Origin: Candidatus Bathyarchaeia archaeon
Lineage (GTDB): Archaea; Asgardarchaeota; Heimdallarchaeia; JABLTI01
DNA: 64,000 bases
NCBI GenBank assembly: GCA_035528035.1
Contig: DATKZI010000044.1
Span: 18,034 to 82,033 of the forward strand
Direction: 5' to 3'
A program made the position numbers and the translations under genes. Shown piece after piece: positions 56,177 through 64,000 of this stretch. Below the pieces are notes generated by a model. The model was not told the DNA's origin, searched no databases, and worked only from the letters and a program-made list of their open reading frames with translations. Positions within the stretch are counted from its first letter, which is position 1, and every line of letters starts with the position of its first letter.

Positions 56177-56923
56177 TTAAATCTTTGCTTGGTTAATGTT
56201 TACCTCTTCGGTGTCTATTACGGATTTATTGCTCCTAAGAGCTGTGTGTAGGTGTTTAAACATACCTATTGAAATTAAACCAAACAATACTGCTTCTGCA
56301 TAGATTAAAATTGTATGACCTAGAATTCTGATATTCCAATTTATTCGATTTGGAAGAGTTGTACCAATAGCAGTTGCAATTGCAAAAATTACAAAAAAGC
56401 TTACTAATGACAAAAAAATGTAACCCTGAAATTTAGAAAATTGTTTATCTAAGAAGATAGCCAAGGTAAGAATAATTGCTGCAACACAAAGTATTGGTGC
56501 AGCTGAATAGATTAATTTGTTGTGCAAGTCAGTATTAACATCCCAAGGATTAAAAGCAATAGCTATGTAAAGTATTGAACTTAAGATCCCAATAATTGAA
56601 CCTATAATTGTCAAGATAAAAGAGGATTTCTTATTTCTTACTTCAAAAGGCAAGTTGCAGAAATAATAGATCTGGGAAATACCCATTATAGTTATAGCAA
56701 TGACAAAAAAAGTTTGAGAAATAGTATTGTCTTCTCCATTAATAGCAATATTTCTTCCTAAATCACTAACAAAAGTATTCAAAAGATCAAATCCCACTGT
56801 GGATTGATCGAATCTTGATCCTCCTGGATAATAAAAAATTGCTAAACTTAATAATATGAGAAAAAGGAATAAACACGTTGAAGTAAAAATGAATATTGTT
56901 TTCCTAATAATCTTCCAGTTCAT
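56177..56923 (-). CDS. Polytopic membrane protein (DUF998-like)
   Basis: It has about 6-7 TM helices and the N-terminal motif YYPGGSRFDQSTVGFDLLNTFVSDLGR. Confidence 0.6.
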   Translation of the reverse strand: MNWKIIRKTIFIFTSTCLFLFLILLSLAIFYYPGGSRFDQSTVGFDLLNTFVSDLGRNIAINGEDNTISQTFFVIAITIMGISQIYYFCNLPFEVRNKKSSFILTIIGSIIGILSSILYIAIAFNPWDVNTDLHNKLIYSAAPILCVAAIILTLAIFLDKQFSKFQGYIFLSLVSFFVIFAIATAIGTTLPNRINWNIRILGHTILIYAEAVLFGLISIGMFKHLHTALRSNKSVIDTEEVNINQAKI

Positions 56924-56969
56924 CTTTTAATCTCCGAAGTATCTTATGATTAATATCTTATCTATTAAA

Positions 56970-57659
56970 TTAATCTATTTTAATTTCAGTAGTGTTCTTC
57001 CTTATTACGAAATAAGAAGCTAATGATTGTATTGCAAAAATAATTATCTGAATATAAACAATTATTTTTTGACTTATTGCTTGTAAGGTTAAATTTGATA
57101 AGGGACCCGATGACCCTCCACCAAAAAGTATGATTATATATACTAATGAAAGAACTGAACAAGTGATGAATAACCAAGCATATACATTAGGGTAAGATGA
57201 TGTATAAAAAATAGCAATCAAATAAAAAATCAATGCTATGAACGTTCCAATAAAAGCAATAAAAGTAAATGTTCCGTGGGCAACATTATTTAGGTCCAAA
57301 GAAACAAATCCCAATAGAATATAACCTAACCCAGCAACAATACCACTTAATGTTCCAAGTCTACTTAACCAAATAGTTTTTTTATTTTCTTTAAACAACG
57401 GAAGAACAAAGAGAAATACCTTCAATTGTTAGAGCAGTAACAAACAATGAACGACTTGCAAGATTAGAAGTACCTGAAAAGGCAATGATTCTTCCTAAAT
57501 CACTGAAGAAATTTGTGAAGAAAAGATACCCAACTGTTGTGGGATCACTTTCAATCCCTCCAGGATAAACTAACATTGCAATGGTGGTCAAAATTAAAAA
57601 TGAGATATTACACACAAAGGTTGCTAAGAAAATTGTTTTTGAGTTTTTATGAGATTCAT
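56970..57659 (-). pseudogene. Frameshifted paralogue of the 56177..56923 membrane protein
   Basis: Track ORF 57391..57615 (VYPGGIESDPTTVGYLFFTNFFSDLGR) matches the N-terminal part of the neighbour. Track ORF 56970..57425 continues the TM helices in another frame. The ATG at 57657-57659 lies in a third frame, next to A-runs. Confidence 0.55.
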
Positions 57660-57893
57660 TGTATCCCTTCTAATTTTCTGATTGCTTATCATTAATAAAT
57701 TTAAGACTTTGGAAGAATTTAGAAATATTTTCTAAATATAGTTTATTTCTTCAAATTTGAATAGTAGAAAAATAAAAATTCACTTTATTTATAATTATTG
57801 GTTTTATCAAATTTTGTTCTATTAATTTGTTAATACTTGTAATCCTAACCAAAAATCAAGTTATACAAATGACAATCTATAATAAGAATTTGG

Positions 57894-57976
57894 TTGCGTG
57901 GATGCATCCCTTTGAGAGCTCCACGCAAAACAGGAGATAGTCTTTATTTAAAAGGCGTGTTAATGGCACAACACGC
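57894..57976. other. Two GC-rich hairpins in an otherwise AT-rich 416-nt gene-free gap
   Basis: TTGCGTGGA-(17 nt)-TCCACGCAA lies at 57894-57928 and GCGTGTT-(8 nt)-AACACGC at 57955-57976. Both end in CACGCAAA on the plus strand. Confidence 0.25.
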
Positions 57977-58075
57977 AAAGTTACTTTATCCATTCTCCTA
58001 TAAAAACTTCTTGTAATCGTTTTTATGTTATCAAGTAAATAAAATAACTAAAAAAAGAGAAAATAGGAATTATTG

Positions 58076-58405
58076 TTATTTGATTTTTAACAATTCGACT
58101 TCAAAAATTAATGTTGAATTTGGGGGAATTAAACCATTACCTACATTACGACTACCATAAGCTAGTTCAGGGGGAATTGTTAGTTTTCGTTTACCACCAA
58201 TTTTCATGGTGAGAACACCTTGATCCCAACCTTTTATTACTTGTCCAAGACCTATCTGAAAATCAAAAGGTTGTTTCCTATCTACTGAACTATCAAATTT
58301 CTTTCCGTTTGTCAACCAACCAGTATAGTGAACAGTAACTTTATCGCCTTTTTTGGGGTTTGGACCTGTTCCTATTTTAATCTCATCAATTATCAATTCT
58401 GCCAT
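58076..58405 (-). CDS. FKBP-type peptidyl-prolyl cis-trans isomerase
   Basis: [30 protein letters not shown] and LIFEVELL are present. The preferred start is ATG 58403-58405, with GAGGA upstream. Confidence 0.9.
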   Translation of the reverse strand: MAELIIDEIKIGTGPNPKKGDKVTVHYTGWLTNGKKFDSSVDRKQPFDFQIGLGQVIKGWDQGVLTMKIGGKRKLTIPPELAYGSRNVGNGLIPPNSTLIFEVELLKIK

Positions 58406-58504
58406 TGTATTGTTCCTCAATATAATGTCTGTATAATTTATACTTCTATGATTAATAAATCTAAAGTATTAGAAAAAAAAGAAAAAAGGATTCCTTTCAT
58501 AAGT

Positions 58505-59632
58505 CTATAATTGTGTGAAGGAATCAACTGTTTTTTGATCTAAGCGTTTTATAACTTCAACAAAAAGATCAATACATTTCTCAACATCACCTAAGTCAAG
58601 AATACCATAATGGGAATGAATGTGTCTTGTCGATATACCAAAAACCAAGCTTGGACAACCAGCACCAGTTTGATGCATTACTCCAGCATCTGTGCCACCT
58701 CGCCCGAGGATTGAATGTTGAACTTTTATTCCTTTCTCTTTAGCTATATCTAAAACGAAGTATCTTAGTTGAGGATTTGCTAACATAGAACCATCAGCAG
58801 CTAAAATAGAAGGACCACCAGACAAAACAGAAGGAGCATCAGTATTTTTAACGCCAGGAACATCACCAGCAATATCAACCTCTAAAGCAAAACCAATATC
58901 TGGTTGAATTAATTGAGCTGATGTACGAGCTCCTCTCAAACCTACTTCTTCCTGAACAGTAGCTACTCCATAAACTTGATTTGGATGTTCAATTTTTTCA
59001 TTCTTTAGTCTTTTTAGAACTTCTGCAATGATAAAAGTACCAATACGATCATCAAACGCTTTACCTATCGCTAAAGTAACTGGTTGTTCTTTTGCTTTAC
59101 CACCATTTTCATCTTTTATAAGTTGAGTCCTCTTAAGAGTCTCAAATTTTGCATAAGGTACAACCGGATCACCAATTTCTAAACCAAGAGCTTCAACTTC
59201 TTTTTTACTTTTACAAGCAACATCGATAAACATATTCGCTTTAGTAACAACTTTTGTGCGCTCTTCCTCAGCAAGAACATGAGGTGGTTTTGAGCAAATG
59301 ATACCCATAATTTTAGTTCCATCTCGAATGCGAATCTCTACTCTTTGTCCTAAAAGGACTTGATCCCACCATCCACCAAGTTGATTGAATGTAAGAAAAC
59401 CTTCACTATTGATTCCAGTTATAATAAAACCAATTTCATCAATATGACCAGCGATCATAATTTTTGGTCCCTTAGTTCCTTTTTTGAAAATAACGGACCC
59501 AGTTTTATCTTGCAAGACTTCGTCAGCATATGGTGTGATATAATCTTTCACCATTAAAGCGACCTCACGTTCATATCCTGATGGACCAAAAGCATTTGTC
59601 CATTTTTCTAATTCTTTAATGTCCATTTTCAA
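58505..59632 (-). CDS. M42-family metallopeptidase (TET/FrvX-like aminopeptidase)
   Basis: AGHIDEIGF, FDDRIG and QEEVGLRGA are present. Confidence 0.85.
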   Translation of the reverse strand: MKMDIKELEKWTNAFGPSGYEREVALMVKDYITPYADEVLQDKTGSVIFKKGTKGPKIMIAGHIDEIGFIITGINSEGFLTFNQLGGWWDQVLLGQRVEIRIRDGTKIMGIICSKPPHVLAEEERTKVVTKANMFIDVACKSKKEVEALGLEIGDPVVPYAKFETLKRTQLIKDENGGKAKEQPVTLAIGKAFDDRIGTFIIAEVLKRLKNEKIEHPNQVYGVATVQEEVGLRGARTSAQLIQPDIGFALEVDIAGDVPGVKNTDAPSVLSGGPSILAADGSMLANPQLRYFVLDIAKEKGIKVQHSILGRGGTDAGVMHQTGAGCPSLVFGISTRHIHSHYGILDLGDVEKCIDLFVEVIKRLDQKTVDSFTQL

Positions 59633-59770
59633 AATGATACACCTAAAAATTGTTAATTTCTTTCAATGAAATTTAAATATTTAATTAATTTTAAATCTTT
59701 TTGATTAATTGTTAATTAATTTTGTCATATAAAAAAGTCTTTTATCTAAGTTTCGCTTAATTCTTGTACT

Positions 59771-61897
59771 ATGCGCTTGCTTTATGAGTCATTTATTGAA
59801 AGGCTCCCATTAAACATTCGCGAACGACTGGATTCTGCTATTTCCGAACAATCAGATTTGAATCCAAATGACAGATTACATAAAGGAGTGCATATTGTTC
59901 TTAAAGAGGTATTTTCAATTATTGACGAGTTGAAAAATAAAACTGAAATGAAAGTTGACGTGTCAGCAAAGAGAAATTTTAGGATTACCAAGAATAAAAA
60001 GGAAATTGAGAATAAACGTAGAATACTCAAAGAGGAAATTTCACTTCATAAAGAAATAGCATTTCAATTAGCATCTTTAGGTAGTTATTTAATTGATTCA
60101 TTTAAAGTCACTGAAGAATTTATTAGCTTATTAGAAAAAATCAATCATCCTTACATAGAATTATTTATTGCTTATTTTAAGGAAGATCCAACCAATTATC
60201 AAGAAACACGAGAAAAGATTGATTCAATAATAAAAATATTAGAAAAAGAAAAAACGTATTCCGATGAAATGAAAGCATTTGCTATAGGAATAAAATCCTG
60301 GATTTATGGTGAGATAGGGGATATTGTTATTTTAAAAGAAATCTACAAATACCTTCATGAGCAATTTCCTAAAACAACCAATATAGTTGAAATACGGGGT
60401 TTACAAGATGCAGCCACTAATGTAATCTGGTGGATGTTACATTCAGGTGCAGAAGCAAATATAGAAGAAATGATTACTTTTGTAGAACCATATTTTCATA
60501 AATATAAACTCTATATGTCCCATACTCATCTCCTAAATCTCCAGGGAGCTATTTATAGCTATTTTGGTGATAATAAATGTTCTATAGAGAAATTTGAGGA
60601 ACTTAAAACAGAACATGAAAAGTATCATGATGAATATCGATTATCAATAGCAATAGGTAATTTGGCAGAATCATATTTTATCGAGGGAAAAATTCTACTA
60701 GCTAAAGAAATGATGGAAAAAGCTATTGCTCTCTATAAGAAATCAACAGACAGATGGCCATATCTCTATTTAACAGAAATTGGTAATATGTATTATCTAA
60801 CAGGAGATAATCGAGCAGAGGAATCATTCCTTCATGCATATGAAATTCAGAAAAAAGAAACTACTATGTTCAAAGCCTTCATTTTATTCGAATTAATTCA
60901 TTATTATTTGCGAACAGAGCAGTTGGATAAAGCGAATCAATTTATAGTGGAACTAAAAAATCTTGCTAAGGATTTAGAAGCTATTTCAATAAATGCTCAA
61001 ATAGATTATCTACTCGGTTATATAGAGATGCTCGAGCAAAATTTCTCTAATGCAATAAAATTAATGCATAACGCTTTAGAATTAGCCCAAAGTTCAAAGG
61101 ATTTTGATTTGATATTATCATGTAATATCCAATTAGCAGCAATCTATTTGCAAAGATATCGATTAAATGAACAGCAATCATTTCTTAATAATACACTTAA
61201 TCATTTAGATACAGCAATTCAGTTTGCAATAGAAAATCAACATAATCAAATTTTATCTATTGGTTTAGTTATTCGAGCATTATTAAGTGCAAGTAAAGGA
61301 GAATATGATAATGCTTTCCAAGATCTAACCAAAGTTAAAGATATTATCAATGAAATTGATTATGATACATGGAAAAGAGAGTTACTACAATTTGAAGAGA
61401 AGATTATCAAAGCAGAAAAAGAGGGAAAAATGGTTTTAGATCAAGAGAGTATATTCCAATATATTTTACCACAATTCAAGTCTATGTTATCATTCAAATT
61501 AGCTGAACGGAAAACTAAAGAATCCGAAGTAATAGGTTTATTTGTTATTTCTGAAAGTGGTGTTCCTATTTATACCAAACTTAGTAAGAGCTTGAATGCT
61601 GATAAAATGATTCTTTCTGGTTTACTAACAGCAGTAAATCATCTTTCAGAGAGTGTTGTTGAAGGAAAAGATAAAGGTAGATTGCGAGAAGTTCTATATG
61701 AAAAATTCTGGATAACAATTCAACCAATAAAGAATGGTTTAGTTGCCCTTATAGCTACTGAAGCTACTGCTGAAGTTCGATCTTGGGCAAATACTATAGC
61801 TACTCGTATTGTAGAAGTTCCAGTAGTTATTTCAGAAATGACTGATGAATTAGAAGTTAAAATAAAAGACATCATAAAACAAATGAATATTAAGTAA
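59771..61897 (+). CDS. TPR-repeat protein with a C-terminal alpha/beta (longin/roadblock-like?) domain
   Basis: It has long TPR-like helical repeats (for example AIGNLAESYFIEGKILLAKEMMEKAIALY). The C-terminus reads VIGLFVISESGVPIYTKL...ILSGLLTAVNHLSESV...GLVALIATE. Confidence 0.55.
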   Translation: MRLLYESFIERLPLNIRERLDSAISEQSDLNPNDRLHKGVHIVLKEVFSIIDELKNKTEMKVDVSAKRNFRITKNKKEIENKRRILKEEISLHKEIAFQLASLGSYLIDSFKVTEEFISLLEKINHPYIELFIAYFKEDPTNYQETREKIDSIIKILEKEKTYSDEMKAFAIGIKSWIYGEIGDIVILKEIYKYLHEQFPKTTNIVEIRGLQDAATNVIWWMLHSGAEANIEEMITFVEPYFHKYKLYMSHTHLLNLQGAIYSYFGDNKCSIEKFEELKTEHEKYHDEYRLSIAIGNLAESYFIEGKILLAKEMMEKAIALYKKSTDRWPYLYLTEIGNMYYLTGDNRAEESFLHAYEIQKKETTMFKAFILFELIHYYLRTEQLDKANQFIVELKNLAKDLEAISINAQIDYLLGYIEMLEQNFSNAIKLMHNALELAQSSKDFDLILSCNIQLAAIYLQRYRLNEQQSFLNNTLNHLDTAIQFAIENQHNQILSIGLVIRALLSASKGEYDNAFQDLTKVKDIINEIDYDTWKRELLQFEEKIIKAEKEGKMVLDQESIFQYILPQFKSMLSFKLAERKTKESEVIGLFVISESGVPIYTKLSKSLNADKMILSGLLTAVNHLSESVVEGKDKGRLREVLYEKFWITIQPIKNGLVALIATEATAEVRSWANTIATRIVEVPVVISEMTDELEVKIKDIIKQMNIK

Positions 61898-61936
61898 CCT
61901 CTAATTTTTTAAATCAAACTCATCACTATTTTTCTT

Positions 61937-62365
61937 ATGATTATACGACATGCAGATGCTAATGATCTTCAAGCAATAATTATTTTATGGCAAAATTCAG
62001 GACTTCCTATAAGACCAACTGGAAGAGATAAATTAGAAAATCTCGAAAATCAATTGTTACAACCAAATATGTGGATAATTGTTGCAGAAGAAGAAAAGGA
62101 AATTATTGGAGCAGTACTAGTCACTCATGATTCAAGGAAAGGATGGATAAATCGTTTAGCAGTACATCCTAACATGACTAGAAAAGGGATTGCTACAAAA
62201 CTTCTAAGAACAGCTGAAGAATCATTAGTTAAAGCTGGAATTGAAATGTTTGCAGCACTAATTTCTTATGATAATATACCTTCAAGGGAATTATTTGAAA
62301 AGGAAAATTATCAATACCATAAAACAATAACGTATTATGCAAAACGATTTAGAGAAGATATTTAA
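61937..62365 (+). CDS. GNAT-family N-acetyltransferase
   Basis: The acetyl-CoA motif is LAVHPNMTRKGIATKLLRTAEE. Confidence 0.8.
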   Translation: MIIRHADANDLQAIIILWQNSGLPIRPTGRDKLENLENQLLQPNMWIIVAEEEKEIIGAVLVTHDSRKGWINRLAVHPNMTRKGIATKLLRTAEESLVKAGIEMFAALISYDNIPSRELFEKENYQYHKTITYYAKRFREDI

Positions 62366-62406
62366 AAAAAAGAAATTAAACTACCAGCTAGCTGGTAGAA
62401 TTTTGT

Positions 62407-63579
62407 TTAATCGATAGAGGGAAGACCTTTAACTTTTTTGTGTTCTTTACTTAAATTAGCGCCTTGTTCTATAGAGATTTCATCTGTATATTGAATATCA
62501 CCTGAAATTCTCGCACCAGACTCTATATATATCGAATTACCATAGAGATTTTTGGCTCGAGCATTTTCTTCAATGATGATTTCTCCACCATACAAATCTT
62601 CCACTGTTGCTTTTTCTGATATTACAATTTTCTCAGCAGAAACTGGACCTGTTACAGTACCACGACGACCAATCTTGAAGTATTTTGCTTTGGTTGCTTT
62701 AGCTCGTACTTCACCACCAACATTAATCTCATCTGCTTTTAGGATACCATTAACAACACATGTTCCACCAACAGTCATTTTGCCTTGTAAGATTATATCT
62801 GCATCAGAAGAGAATGTTCCACCAACAGTAATGTTGTTACCTTTACCTATACCTGATATAGAAATTGTACCGCCTGCTTTCAATGAATCAAATTCTATTT
62901 TATCAGTAATTTTTAATGTGCCACCAACATTACCATTAGTTACTTTTGATGGACCATTCAAGTTAATTGTACCACCAACATCTATATTATCGATTTCAAT
63001 TACTCCATCAGATTTGAAAGATCCACCAATTCTTACTTCGCCAATTTTTCCACTACCAATTTTACCAGAGCCACCAACACGAAGCTTCTCAATATCAGCT
63101 TCTCCTTCAATCTTAACTGAACCACCAACAGAAATAACACCTATGTTAGATTTACCTTCGATTTTTACTGTGCCACCAACTTGGAGGGTTTCAATTGCAG
63201 CATTTCCATGAATATCTACTGTGCCACCAACTTTAACTTCATTGCTTTGAATATCACCATGAACATTGATTGTACCGCCCACAGAAATTTCAGGAGAAAA
63301 TAAATTACCTTCAACATTTAGTGTTTTATCTATACGAAGATATTTTTTAGCTTCTAAATTACCTTCAACATCTAATCGTCCGTCTTTACAGCGTATGCTG
63401 ACAGCTGTTAAGCTACCATCTACTTCAAAGCTTCCACGACAAACAATAGATCCATCTACTGTAATGGTTTTATTTTTAGCAATTAAAATTGCTCCATCAC
63501 CAATTTCTAAATTACCTTTAAAACTGTCAATTTCAACAGTTTTCCCCGAGGGTATGTTTTCTGTACTCATATTAATCAC
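62407..63579 (-). CDS. Bactofilin-like / polymer-forming beta-helical repeat protein
   Basis: It carries twelve repeats of about 19 aa, eleven built around VGG(T/S) and one reading AGGT. Examples are SVGGTINV, KVGGTVDI, QVGGTVKI, SVGGSVKI and KAGGTISI. Confidence 0.65.
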   Translation of the reverse strand: MINMSTENIPSGKTVEIDSFKGNLEIGDGAILIAKNKTITVDGSIVCRGSFEVDGSLTAVSIRCKDGRLDVEGNLEAKKYLRIDKTLNVEGNLFSPEISVGGTINVHGDIQSNEVKVGGTVDIHGNAAIETLQVGGTVKIEGKSNIGVISVGGSVKIEGEADIEKLRVGGSGKIGSGKIGEVRIGGSFKSDGVIEIDNIDVGGTINLNGPSKVTNGNVGGTLKITDKIEFDSLKAGGTISISGIGKGNNITVGGTFSSDADIILQGKMTVGGTCVVNGILKADEINVGGEVRAKATKAKYFKIGRRGTVTGPVSAEKIVISEKATVEDLYGGEIIIEENARAKNLYGNSIYIESGARISGDIQYTDEISIEQGANLSKEHKKVKGLPSID

Positions 63580-63858
63580 CTTACAATCTACTTTCTATTT
63601 TTATTATCAATTACTTTTCAGCTTGTATTCATAAAGTAAAGAACTCATTTGAATTCTCTGTATTTGTTTTCTTATACTTGATTTCTGATTTTTATTTTTG
63701 CTGTTCAATTTTTTCTTACTCCATTATATTTTGTTAATTTAATATTAGTTGATTTTATTTAAAAGGAAAATTCACAATTAGAAGTCTCAAATCGAGGTCA
63801 CATCATGTGACTATAAATTGCTAAAAAAAGTCACAAATCAAAATTTTCTTTGTAGTGA

Positions 63859-64000
63859 TTATTCTTTCAGTAGTTTCAAAGCAATTTTCAAATATTTCTC
63901 ATCAATTTCAAATCCTACATAGTCGCAACCCAAATTTCTTGCAGCTCTCGCTGTAGTTCCTACACCCATAAAAGGATCTAAAACAACTAAAGGTTTCTTT
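63859..64000 (-). CDS. DNA methyltransferase (N4/N6 type), C-terminal fragment; the N-terminus lies beyond the window
   Basis: The reverse strand reads KKPLVVLDPFMGVGTTARAARNLGCDYVGFEIDEKYLKIALKLLKE*. The DPFxGxGTT SAM-binding motif near the C-terminus is typical of beta-class amino-methyltransferases. Confidence 0.55.
   Translation of the reverse strand, partial: KKPLVVLDPFMGVGTTARAARNLGCDYVGFEIDEKYLKIALKLLKE

Noticed and set aside
57719-57735. The AT-only palindrome TTAGAAA-TAT-TTTCTAA.
   Set aside because: Short A/T palindromes are expected by chance in intergenic DNA this AT-rich, and there is no second copy or context.
57894-57928. The first GC-rich hairpin as an archaeal H/ACA or C/D box sRNA.
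   Set aside because: It is too short for an H/ACA guide, having no pocket or upper stem. I see no C (RUGAUGA) or D (CUGA) boxes. It is kept only as an unclassified structured element.
62552-63634. Two long plus-strand ORFs (219 aa and 122 aa) rich in Pro, Thr and Ser.
   Set aside because: They are antisense to the VGG-repeat (bactofilin-like) gene. The repeated GGT/GGA/ACC-type codons keep the opposite strand open, so there is no independent support.
1-64000. A search for tRNA, rRNA, CRISPR arrays, transposases or integrases, and prophage hallmarks.
   Set aside because: No GC-rich cloverleaf-like segments, regularly spaced direct repeats or recombinase-like ORFs were seen in the gaps between genes. 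The only restriction-modification hint is the partial methyltransferase at the window edge.

Overview
This is an AT-rich archaeal chromosomal segment of about 60 genes. I infer the host from archaea/eukaryote-only ribosomal proteins L34e and L38e, FlaI/FlaJ-type pilus genes, pyrB-pyrI, a DUF106/EMC3-like insertase and a Get3-like ATPase. An Asgard/Lokiarchaeia-like origin is plausible from the composition and the eukaryote-like proteins, but that is only an inference. Most genes are housekeeping or metabolic: sucCD, pyrBI, a serine pathway, nadB, Maf, FKBP, an M42 peptidase and polyamine genes. I recognised no rRNA, tRNA, CRISPR array or transposase.

The outstanding feature is a roughly 18 kb cluster at about 31.0-49.4 kb.
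- It contains a biotin ligase and an accC-BCCP-alpha/beta-hydrolase operon.
- Divergent from that operon lie a carboxyltransferase gene and a single 3580-aa multidomain type I FAS/PKS-like megasynthase.
- The domain order is NMO-like, NMO/ER, KS, AT, KS, ACP, ACP, KR, DH, PPTase. This resembles bacterial PUFA synthases and enediyne PKSE.
- Both carrier domains have Thr where the phosphopantetheinyl Ser is expected.
- Two identical 13-bp palindromes sit in the divergent promoter region, and wHTH/TPR proteins lie downstream.

Other oddities include a SpeH-like proenzyme with Thr at the self-processing Ser, a ThiI-like protein with a degenerate PP-loop, a decayed membrane-protein paralogue, a frameshifted or start-less wHTH ORF and a recurrent TTTCTGATT leader motif.

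All calls rest on reading the translated ORFs and the DNA by eye. No database search was run.
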